In this document: one piece after another, positions 1-7,424 of the stretch
Layout: each line of letters starts with the position of its first letter
Position numbering within the stretch: the first letter of the stretch is position 1
Source: an uncultured archaeon
GTDB taxonomy: Archaea > Asgardarchaeota > Thorarchaeia > Thorarchaeales > Thorarchaeaceae
Assembly (NCBI GenBank): GCA_964590575.1
Contig: CAZPWM010000056.1
Location: 1-11,381, forward strand
Direction: 5' to 3'
DNA length: 11,381 bases
Translations under genes and position numbers: made by a program
Notes under the pieces: model-generated
The model's input: only the letters and a program-made list of their open reading frames with translations
What the model was told of the DNA's origin: nothing
Database searches by the model: none

Positions 1-141
1 ACTATTGATTCAGAAACCACACTTTCAAAGGGCTGTGAAGTAAGAGATGCAGTGATTTTTGGCAAGTCAAATCTCTCAACTCAGGACCGAGTGTACAGAA
101 GCGTCATCTATAACTCCAAACGATATGATGCGGAGGTGTGA
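1..141 (+). CDS. 3' end of an upstream gene (partial), probably the left-handed beta-helix tail of a sugar-phosphate nucleotidyltransferase
   Basis: Frame 1 is open from base 1 to TGA 139-141: TIDSETTLSKGCEVRDAVIFGKSNLSTQDRVYRSVIYNSKRYDAEV*. The pattern (GCEVRDAVIF, RVYRSVIY) resembles hexapeptide repeats. It ends 3 nt before the next ATG. Confidence 0.55.
   Translation, partial: TIDSETTLSKGCEVRDAVIFGKSNLSTQDRVYRSVIYNSKRYDAEV
132..138 (+). promoter_or_regulatory. Shine-Dalgarno site for the gene at 145
   Basis: GGAGGTG lies 6 nt upstream of ATG 145, inside the last codons of the upstream gene, consistent with an operon. Confidence 0.75.
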
Positions 142-144
142 GAA

Positions 145-753
145 ATGCCCAGTAAATTCAGAGTCAGACGTATCTTCAAGGGTCTTGTCTGGTGGATCGC
201 ACGTCCACTAGCTCGAGCGGGAGCTAGGCCAAATACAATCACATACTTCAGCCTTCTGTTAGCGCTGCTGGCTGCATTGATTCTGAATCTCACGGGGTCT
301 TCCATTGGGTTTGGTGTACTGGTGTTTCTCTGTGGTCTGTTCGATGGGGTTGATGGAGCAGTAGCTCGTGAGAGGAACCTTTCCACTGATGCCGGAGCCT
401 TCACAGATTCGGTTGTGGATAAAGTGGCTGAAGTCCTGATTTTGGGGTCAATTGCAATTGCTTTCTCGGGTACAACTTTTCTTAGCTTACACGTCGAATG
501 GTGGGTGATTCTAGCAATTATAGGCTGGCTATTGACAAGCTATACGAGCGCCCGTGCATCTAGTTTGGGTGTGACTGACCTTGACATTGGGCTAGGGGCT
601 CGCTCTGAGAGATTGCTCACTTTAGTAGTATTTTCTGTTCTAAATCAGCTATTATTGGGACTGGTTGTCGTTAGTGTAATGGGTCTTCTTACAGCAGGCT
701 ATAGGTTCTATAATTATCATCATGAAATTGTTCGACAGAGTAAATCCCAATAA
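145..753 (+). CDS. pgsA: CDP-alcohol phosphatidyltransferase (archaetidylinositol-phosphate synthase / PgsA-like)
   Basis: Full family signature DGVDGAVAR-x8-GAFTDSVVD, the N-terminal PNTIT motif, an RSER motif and several hydrophobic helices. Substrate specificity cannot be read from the sequence. Confidence 0.9.
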   Translation: MPSKFRVRRIFKGLVWWIARPLARAGARPNTITYFSLLLALLAALILNLTGSSIGFGVLVFLCGLFDGVDGAVARERNLSTDAGAFTDSVVDKVAEVLILGSIAIAFSGTTFLSLHVEWWVILAIIGWLLTSYTSARASSLGVTDLDIGLGARSERLLTLVVFSVLNQLLLGLVVVSVMGLLTAGYRFYNYHHEIVRQSKSQ

Positions 754-823
754 CTGCAGACCATTATACTTAAGAGCCAAGTCAAACAGGCCGCGTACGA
801 ATCATTGATTGGAGTTTCAATTC

Positions 824-1240
824 ATGGCCAAATTCAGAGCGGATCATTATCTCATTGCAGAATTCGAACAGATTTCCGATACGAAAGAGATTGGAGAGAA
901 AGTTCTGGCAGCTTTGAAAGAGTTGCCCGAGATGAAAGACCTAGCAATTGTTTCTAAACGTATGGAAGGCAAGTCCTGGTCAGAGATCGTGGGACGGATA
1001 GATGTCCCAGCGGGGTCAAAGGCATTCTGGGCTATGATTAAGAAAGGCATCACCGACAGAGAACCCTATCATCTCTTCATTAGGTTTGATATGAATGGTG
1101 AAGGCGAAACCATAGACGAAGCTCGCTCTAATGTTAGAATTTGGGTTGAAGGAAATGTAGTTCCAAAGATTGAAGCATTAACTAGAGTGAAATCCATCAA
1201 TGTTCTTCAAGCTAATGAAATCTTCATGCCCAAGTTGTAA
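824..1240 (+). CDS. Hypothetical soluble alpha/beta protein (138 aa; alternative TTG start at 809)
   Basis: Clean ORF with normal composition. GGAG at 811-814 precedes ATG 824, and TTATACTTAA near 764-773 is TATA-like. No motif recognised. Confidence 0.75.
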   Translation: MAKFRADHYLIAEFEQISDTKEIGEKVLAALKELPEMKDLAIVSKRMEGKSWSEIVGRIDVPAGSKAFWAMIKKGITDREPYHLFIRFDMNGEGETIDEARSNVRIWVEGNVVPKIEALTRVKSINVLQANEIFMPKL

Positions 1241-1247
1241 GAACCAA

Positions 1248-2255
1248 TCACTCTTCTTGGATATCGATTAGATAAAGATCAGGTCCAACTGCCTGAACAA
1301 GCTCTGGACGAGAGTCCCCGTTTATATCACCTATGGCTATGTGTGAATCGGTAGATTTTCGTGATGTCTTAAGTGATGTATCTTCAACAATTCTATTACC
1401 CACGAATCCAAGAACCGTGATAGTTGAGTTTGAGTGGCTTGTTATTATCTGGCCATTCCCATTCTTCCAAAAGTTCCCTATTTGTAACGATGTTACAGGT
1501 TTTGGAGCTTTTACAGAGTCGTGCTTCTCTAGAGCCCCTTTTACGATGCCAAACAAACTAAGATTACGTCCATCCGATACTATCAAGATTTCGGAGTTAC
1601 CATCTTGAGTCATATCTCCAGATGCTACTAGACCAATCTCCCCTCCATTACTGATCCTAGCTCTTTCATGAAGTCTATCATCCGCATATTGATAGACGAA
1701 GAGATACCCCGAATCATCCCCAAAAACAAAGCGACTATAGGGAATACCTTTACTATTTAACGGTTGAATTGAGAATACAGGTCGTTCTAACACTTTATGG
1801 GCGAGTTTATCCAAAGCCACATCATACCAACCATAACATCGCAGGTTGCCATCGGTTGTAGCCACAACAACCTCTGATCTATCATCATTTAGCACATTCA
1901 GAACTGCCACAGCTGTAGGTAAAGATCCCAGTGGGGTTGTAGCCTTCACACTAAGCTCTCCATCCATGTGTACAAGAACTCGTAGGATGTTGTCTAGTCC
2001 ACCAATCACAAAATCGGGTTTTCCGTTACCAATCACATCTCCGATTCCCATTGCGGCTAGAGGTGGCAATCCACTCACTCTTCCAATCTCATTTACTTGA
2101 CCACTGTCATCCTTCTCGGTTTCATAGATAACGAGGTCGCCCCCTAAAGTTGTGACTACAACATTGGATCTCCCTGAACTTGAAAAATCAACTAGCTCAA
2201 CGGACGTGATGACTTCTTTGAAAGAAACCTTTGAGATAACTTCAAGATTGGTCAT
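1248..2255 (-). CDS. FG-GAP/VCBS-repeat beta-propeller protein without a signal peptide
   Basis: Repeated D-x-x-x-D/N-G-x-x-D/E-hhh loops about every 45 aa: DFSSSGRSNVVV, GDVIGNGKPDFVIG, NVLNDDRSEVVVA, GDMTQDGNSEILIV, GNFWKNGNGQIITS, GDINGDSRPELVQA. 335 aa fits one 7-bladed propeller. Confidence 0.85.
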   Translation of the reverse strand: MTNLEVISKVSFKEVITSVELVDFSSSGRSNVVVTTLGGDLVIYETEKDDSGQVNEIGRVSGLPPLAAMGIGDVIGNGKPDFVIGGLDNILRVLVHMDGELSVKATTPLGSLPTAVAVLNVLNDDRSEVVVATTDGNLRCYGWYDVALDKLAHKVLERPVFSIQPLNSKGIPYSRFVFGDDSGYLFVYQYADDRLHERARISNGGEIGLVASGDMTQDGNSEILIVSDGRNLSLFGIVKGALEKHDSVKAPKPVTSLQIGNFWKNGNGQIITSHSNSTITVLGFVGNRIVEDTSLKTSRKSTDSHIAIGDINGDSRPELVQAVGPDLYLIDIQEE

Positions 2256-2398
2256 GCGAGGTGTCCTCTGGGTTGAAGAAGCTGGTTACCTCGTGACAAT
2301 TAAAACTTGTTCCATCAAAGTGAATTATTGAACTACATGAACCATAGAGATTTAGAACTGATGAGCTTAAGAATATCCTTACTGAATGGGATATTGTC

Positions 2399-2932
2399 AT
2401 GAGCCAGGAGAAACTCGATCCAGATCTCTGGGTTGAGAGCGCAGAGGTTGTAGCTGAACAGCTGCATGAATTCATCAAGGAGTTTGCATCTTTCACTCCT
2501 GAACGCTTTGTACACATCAAGTTTCATCTCTTGAGAGGCCCAGGTCTTATAAAACAAAGCCGAGATGAACTATGCGAACTCTCCATTCATGGTAAGTTTT
2601 GTCCAAAATGTGATCTACTATATGTTGCGAAAAAATGCTTACTTTGGTACGAATTATTCCAAATAATCCAATGGAGAACTGTTGAGAGAGCACCTCCCTG
2701 TATTCGCCTAGCATTTGCAAAGAAAAGCATCAAGACTGTAGCAACCTATCTGTCTAAAACGAATCTCATTGTTGCTCCATTCTACAAGTCGCGAGGGTCC
2801 ACATCCTGCAATATCATGCGTCGATGGGGGTATTGTCAGCCGAATGAATACTGTCGAGCTATGGAGCGAGAAAATACATTGGAGTATATACCTGCTCGCG
2901 AACGTGTGAAAATCTCGCGGAAATTAAGTTAG
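2399..2932 (+). CDS. Small Cys-rich protein with a primase large subunit (PriL) C-terminal Fe-S-like motif
   Basis: PPC101I...SC137NIMRRWGYC146QPNEYC152...NTLEY resembles the archaeal PriL C-terminal pattern PPC...SC-x2-M/L-x3-G-x-C-x5-C...NPL-x-Y. A second Cys cluster is C59/C68/C71/C80. Confidence 0.65.
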   Translation: MSQEKLDPDLWVESAEVVAEQLHEFIKEFASFTPERFVHIKFHLLRGPGLIKQSRDELCELSIHGKFCPKCDLLYVAKKCLLWYELFQIIQWRTVERAPPCIRLAFAKKSIKTVATYLSKTNLIVAPFYKSRGSTSCNIMRRWGYCQPNEYCRAMERENTLEYIPARERVKISRKLS

Positions 2933-2950
2933 TTCTTTTATTGTGATGGC

Positions 2951-2957
2951 TTAAATA
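2951..2957 (+). promoter_or_regulatory. Candidate TATA box for the HD-domain gene
   Basis: TTAAATA in the 44-bp gap, about 20-35 nt before ATG 2977/2992. The same heptamer occurs upstream of actin. Confidence 0.4.
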
Positions 2958-2976
2958 CTGGCTCAGGTTCAGTCTA

Positions 2977-4500
2977 ATGGGGTTCAAGACTATGCCAGAT
3001 GATATCGATACTGATGCCATTAAACTCATCCGCTTGACTGGATTAAGAGAATCTGTGATTGACACAGCTCGTATGCAGAAAGGAGCTGACTGGGACCGTA
3101 TCCAGAAAGCTGTAGGTGAACACAATCGTTTCATATCTATGGGTGAGAAACACACCCGTCAGAAGGCAGTCCAAGACCCTGTGCATGGGGCTATACTACT
3201 TGAACCCTGGGAACTCGACATTATATCTACTTGGGAGATGCTAAGACTTAGATATGTGCGACAGTTGGGGCCGGCTCATTTAGTCTATCCGGGTGCTACA
3301 CACACACGATTCGAACACTGTCTGGGTACAAACTTCCTAGCGCAGAAATCCATCCGAGTTGTGAACTACTGCGAGGATTTAGATACTGCATGCTTCATGC
3401 CATTCTCTCGCCTCCTTGAAGATTACCATCAGAAACTGTTTCGAGCTGCAGCGCTACTGCATGATGTTGGACACCCTCCCACGAGCCATACTATCGAGTA
3501 TGCCCTTGAATCATGGATTGGTCTTGACCATCTCGACCTTGGCGAGTACCTTATACTCTATAGTAGCCTCACAGATGTTCTTACGCAGAATGGCATCGAA
3601 CCCAGTGATGTCGTTAGCATCCTTCGAAGACGCGCAAAGGATCCGGTCATGAGTCTACTCTCAGATTTTCTCGACCACCCTCTAGACATCGACAAGACAG
3701 ACTACCTCATTCGAGATGCACACTTCAGTGGAGTTCAGCTTGGCATATTCCCTGCTGAGAGAGTGATGTTGACCAATCGTGTGGTAAAAAACAAAGACGG
3801 CAAGTACATTCGCGCTTTCATGTTGAAGGCTATTCATTCATTGGAAGCATTGATTCTCAGCCGTAATTGGATGTTCAGTGATTTATACATCCACCCCACC
3901 GTCAAACTCGCTGAAGCACTAATCTCCAAGGCTACATACTTCAGGATGCAGGAGGAGGACCTATCAAAGAATGAGTGCATAGGTCTGTTTACGCGCATGA
4001 CCGATGGAGACCTTTTCAGATGGCTAGATGAATCTGAGATTGCTTTCGTTAAGGAGTATGCAGGCCGAATAAGATATCGCAAGTTGTTCAAGGTTGTGCT
4101 GTCGCGACCACTGGTATCCTTTGAGAAAGACACACAGAAGCTATTTCGTGAAACACTACACGACATCAAGAAACTGATAGATGCTGAGAATGAGATTGCT
4201 GAGGCACAAGGGAGTGTTGTGATTGACGTGGTTTCTCCGCCCCTTGGTGAAAACTTCTTGGGTTCAATCCCAATATTAGTGGGCGGTGTGAAGGGCTTCG
4301 ATATTGTCAATCTTGATGAGACCCAAGAAGGCCGCCCATTGATGCAAATCCTGAAGCAACAGTCACTGACGATACCTTCGGTCAGAGTTTATGCCGATAC
4401 AAAAATCGCGGAGAAGGTGCGAAAGCGTTTCGACCAGAGATACCCAGTTTCTGATACTCCTGCATACCGCGAAGATGAGTACGACCTCACCGAGTATTGA
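2977..4500 (+). CDS. HD-domain phosphohydrolase, SAMHD1/dNTP triphosphohydrolase-like
   Basis: Motifs DPVHG, RLRYVRQLG, YPGATHTRFEHCLG, LLHDVGH-x-P-x-SH, DIDKTDYLIRD, YIHP and MTD. The metal ligands H...HD...D are all present. Confidence 0.92.
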   Translation: MGFKTMPDDIDTDAIKLIRLTGLRESVIDTARMQKGADWDRIQKAVGEHNRFISMGEKHTRQKAVQDPVHGAILLEPWELDIISTWEMLRLRYVRQLGPAHLVYPGATHTRFEHCLGTNFLAQKSIRVVNYCEDLDTACFMPFSRLLEDYHQKLFRAAALLHDVGHPPTSHTIEYALESWIGLDHLDLGEYLILYSSLTDVLTQNGIEPSDVVSILRRRAKDPVMSLLSDFLDHPLDIDKTDYLIRDAHFSGVQLGIFPAERVMLTNRVVKNKDGKYIRAFMLKAIHSLEALILSRNWMFSDLYIHPTVKLAEALISKATYFRMQEEDLSKNECIGLFTRMTDGDLFRWLDESEIAFVKEYAGRIRYRKLFKVVLSRPLVSFEKDTQKLFRETLHDIKKLIDAENEIAEAQGSVVIDVVSPPLGENFLGSIPILVGGVKGFDIVNLDETQEGRPLMQILKQQSLTIPSVRVYADTKIAEKVRKRFDQRYPVSDTPAYREDEYDLTEY

Positions 4501-5185
4501 TCAGATGTGGTACTTTTTTCAATACCATCTTGTACTCAAACTCTAAGTAAATAATACCGTAGACTGCCTCCACAAGCGTACCTTTGTCATGGTCCATCTC
4601 TAATTGACTTGGTGGGTCGGGGTCAAAATGAATGCGGTACTCGTACAGATTCCACTTGTCGCAGAGTTTTGCCATGTGACTATTGCTCACTATCTCCGCC
4701 TTCCTCTGAGTGATCTTGCCTGCGTCACCTAGGTGTGGTTTCCATAGATGCTGAAGAACCGCTGATGAGATAACCGCATCACCTACCAGTGCCAGAACCT
4801 TCGCCATCTCTCCAAGGTTTATCATCTGTGCAAACCCGTCTGAACCAAGTGGGTCGTTTTCGCTTCTACGATACTGGGTTTCTAGCTCCATGAAGATATT
4901 CTTCGTACTTGGTTGAAACATCGTTACCTGAAAGAGTTCTTCGTTCTTGAAGTCAAGCTCGAATATTCTCTCTAAGTCCGGCACAAGGTCAGATTTTATC
5001 CTCTTCAAACTCTCTTGTATTGACCCAAGGTCCAACAACCATCGGTCCAGTTTCGTGAGTAATCTAGTGTTATTCTCCGGAGTTTCTCTTTGTGTTGCCT
5101 GAATTGTCTTGGTCAAGGCAGCGAGTCTATCTTCAATGTGTATTGGATTGTATGAGAGTGCTGGAATTTTATCCTCTTCCTTCAA
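4487..5185 (-). CDS. Ribonuclease III-domain protein lacking a dsRBD (Mini-III-like), with an N-terminal helical extension
   Basis: LALVGDAVI (RNase III signature), GKITQRKAEIVSN and KGTLVEAVYGIIYLE. The protein ends about 15 aa after the nuclease domain. The start is placed at TTG 5185 (GGAAGTGA upstream, 13 nt after the previous stop) rather than ATG 5269, which overlaps the upstream gene by 71 nt. Confidence 0.85.
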   Translation of the reverse strand: MKEEDKIPALSYNPIHIEDRLAALTKTIQATQRETPENNTRLLTKLDRWLLDLGSIQESLKRIKSDLVPDLERIFELDFKNEELFQVTMFQPSTKNIFMELETQYRRSENDPLGSDGFAQMINLGEMAKVLALVGDAVISSAVLQHLWKPHLGDAGKITQRKAEIVSNSHMAKLCDKWNLYEYRIHFDPDPPSQLEMDHDKGTLVEAVYGIIYLEFEYKMVLKKVPHLINTR

Positions 5186-5198
5186 AGAATCACTTCCT

Positions 5199-5978
5199 TC
5201 AGTAGTAGCTGACCTCCGCATCAGCAGCATCATATCGCGAAACATGGAATGCTGTTGTGGAGTATTCATGTGCTAGTTTTGCCATAGCTAATGTGATGAG
5301 GGTTGGTCCCAATGTCAGGTCGAAGATGATATTGTGGGTTTGAAGATGCTTGAGAATCTCGTTCTCAAGGAACTCGTAGGTCTTCTGCAGATTACCATAA
5401 TCCAATTCTTGCTCGCCTCCCATGACCTTTGTTGGAACCTCTCTCCATTCAGTTGTCCATACACGAAATGCGTCATCTGGGATAAACCGGTCCATAATAC
5501 GCGATACTCCTCGGGTCCAATGTAGCGCTTCGACAAAAACAAGTAGTTTCTTTGGATTGAAATAGGGGTTATTTACAAGCCACTGTACAAATGGGCGCTG
5601 GTCTTCTGGATTGTTCAACGAAGTAACATACATTAGCGGTTTTGTGATACCTAGAGCCTTGCGGACCGGATGTATTGCTCGCGGGTCCAACTCAAAGAGG
5701 CGATACTGAGATTGTTTCCAACTGACTATGATTCCAAGTTCTTCAAGTCGTTGTGTATTATGATAGAGTTTAGGACTTGTCACTTTGACCTTGGCGATCT
5801 CTTTCTTACTGGCACCTTCCGCTACCATCTGTGCTTTGATATCTGTAGTAATCTTTTCTCGGAGCTCTGCTCCTGTCAACAGTCCTCCCTCAAGCTGGTC
5901 CAGGATGATTCTCCTGGCTCGAACGGTTTCAATCTCTTCGAGGATAATTTCTTCAACAGGCTTCCTGAGCAATTTCAA
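5199..5978 (-). CDS. Winged-HTH (ArsR-like) transcription regulator with a C-terminal CARF-like Rossmann domain
   Basis: N-terminus RARRIILDQLEGGLLTGAEL...SPKLYHNTQRLEELGIIVSWKQSQYRLFEL fits a wHTH with an insertion. The C-terminus has strands LMYVTSL and PKKLLVFV and the motif IIFDLTLGPTLITLAMAKLA followed by AFHVS, like CARF motif II (D/N-x-T/S-G-G-x-K/R). TTG start. Confidence 0.72.
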   Translation of the reverse strand: MKLLRKPVEEIILEEIETVRARRIILDQLEGGLLTGAELREKITTDIKAQMVAEGASKKEIAKVKVTSPKLYHNTQRLEELGIIVSWKQSQYRLFELDPRAIHPVRKALGITKPLMYVTSLNNPEDQRPFVQWLVNNPYFNPKKLLVFVEALHWTRGVSRIMDRFIPDDAFRVWTTEWREVPTKVMGGEQELDYGNLQKTYEFLENEILKHLQTHNIIFDLTLGPTLITLAMAKLAHEYSTTAFHVSRYDAADAEVSYY

Positions 5979-6225
5979 GCACCTTTCGCGGATATATTAG
6001 CTAGTAATTATGAGTAGATTATTTTTATACTTATCGAAGATAAACATCCAGAAACGGCGAAAAACGGCGTGAAATAGCTCAACAATATACATAATTCAAA
6101 TACTTTTCGAATAAGTCGGCACCTGTCGGACGTACCCTTAAATATCTTCTTCATGAACAAATTGCTAGAACAGAGTCTCAAAAGCTCTGAGCTGATCAAC
6201 AATCACAAACGAGGACCGATAAAAA
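5979..6225. promoter_or_regulatory. Divergent promoter region between the regulator and actin
   Basis: 247-bp AT-rich gap. Minus-strand TATAAAAATA at 6020-6029, plus-strand TTAAATA at 6139-6145, GAGG at 6211-6214, and several short repeats (see findings). Confidence 0.65.
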
Positions 6226-7365
6226 ATGGCTGAAGACGAGTTTCTTGGCGCTAAGCCCGTTGTCATCGACAATGGTACTGGCTTGAGCAAGAACGGTTAC
6301 GCAGGCGAAGATCAGCCACGAAGCGTTTGGCCCACACTAATTGGATATCCACGATACGAGTCAATCATGACTGACGTGGACCACTACACACGTGACTACT
6401 ATATTGGTGAAGAGGCTATCAACCTCCGTGGTGTACTCCGTCTGGTCTATCCTATCTCTCACGGTAAGATAGAAGACTGGGATGCTATCGAGAAGATATG
6501 GAGCTATACGTTCTATAACGACTTAAAGATAGACCCAAGTGAGAATCCGGTGCTCCTCACAGAGGCACCATTCAACCCTAGAGAAAACAGAGAGCGTATG
6601 GCATCTGTCATGTTCGATAACTTCGGCGTGCCTGCAGTGTACGTAGCCACACAGGCTGTACTGTCACTGTACGCATCTGGAAGGACCACTGGTCTGGTCA
6701 TTGACTCAGGCGATGGTGTGACCCACATAGTACCAATCTATGAGGGCTTTTCAATCAACCACGCTATCCGAAGAATTGACCTGGCTGGTCGAGACATCAC
6801 CGAGTATCTGCGCAGACTCCTCAGACAGAGGGGTTACACTTTTGTGAGTGGTGCAGAGAAAGAGATTGTCAGAGATGTCAAAGAGAAGCTCTGTTATGTA
6901 GCTCTTGATCCCGAGAGGGAGAGGACAGTTGCTGACAAGGCTGGTGTTGACAAACCTTACATGTTACCCGACGGTGAGGTAATCACTGTTGGTGCAGAGA
7001 GGTTCCAAGCCCCCGAGCTGTTCTTCAACCCAAGTGCCATTGGTCTAGATACTATGCCACTCGACGACCACATTGTCGAGTCAATCAAGGCCTGTGACGT
7101 CGACTTGAGGCGTGATCTGTACGCCAACATCGTACTATCAGGTGGCTCAACCATGTTCCCAGGGCTCAAGGAGAGGCTCCACAAGGAGATCACCGAGCTA
7201 GTCCCAGAGAACATCGAGGTCCGAATCATCGCTCCTCCCGAGAGACAGTACTCTGTCTGGATTGGTGGAAGCATTCTCGGCTCACTCAAGACATTCCAGA
7301 AGATGTGGGTGTCCAAGAAGGAGTTCGAGGAAGTAGGACCCGAAGTGATACACCGCTGTATCTAG
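6226..7365 (+). CDS. Asgard actin (Lokiactin-like, close to eukaryotic actin)
   Basis: 379 aa, collinear with eukaryotic actin: [130 protein letters not shown]-terminal HRCI. Confidence 0.98.
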   Translation: MAEDEFLGAKPVVIDNGTGLSKNGYAGEDQPRSVWPTLIGYPRYESIMTDVDHYTRDYYIGEEAINLRGVLRLVYPISHGKIEDWDAIEKIWSYTFYNDLKIDPSENPVLLTEAPFNPRENRERMASVMFDNFGVPAVYVATQAVLSLYASGRTTGLVIDSGDGVTHIVPIYEGFSINHAIRRIDLAGRDITEYLRRLLRQRGYTFVSGAEKEIVRDVKEKLCYVALDPERERTVADKAGVDKPYMLPDGEVITVGAERFQAPELFFNPSAIGLDTMPLDDHIVESIKACDVDLRRDLYANIVLSGGSTMFPGLKERLHKEITELVPENIEVRIIAPPERQYSVWIGGSILGSLKTFQKMWVSKKEFEEVGPEVIHRCI

Positions 7366-7386
7366 TACACAACCTAGTTTCCGAAG
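7320..7386 (+). repeat. Direct repeat copy 1 (actin 3' end plus downstream TAGTTTCCGAAG)
   Basis: 7320-7366 matches 7660-7706 at 45 of 47 positions, and 7375-7386 is identical to 7713-7724. Confidence 0.95.
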
Positions 7387-7424
7387 GTGGGCTGCAAGGC
7401 CCCCTTCGTACTCTCTTTTCTTCT
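7382..7424 (+). terminator. Hairpin plus pyrimidine tract after actin
   Basis: CGAAGG-T-GGGCT-GCAA-GGCCC-CCTTCG (GNRA loop, one bulge) followed by TACTCTCTTTTCTTCT. Confidence 0.75.

Noticed and set aside
2294-2398. Stop-codon read-through (Sec/Pyl) extending the 2399 ORF through TGA 2321 and TAG 2345
   Set aside because: There is a further in-frame TGA at 2294 and no start codon or recoding element. The region is needed as a divergent promoter.
5186-5269. N-terminal extension of the RNase III ORF from ATG 5269
   Set aside because: It overlaps the upstream gene by 71 nt and looks like off-frame sequence. TTG 5185 with an SD-like element is more plausible.
6226-7365. Eukaryotic contamination or chimeric contig
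   Set aside because: No introns, dense prokaryotic gene packing with SD/TATA signals, and the actin has non-eukaryotic substitutions (SKNG, RSVWP, GYPRY, HRCI).
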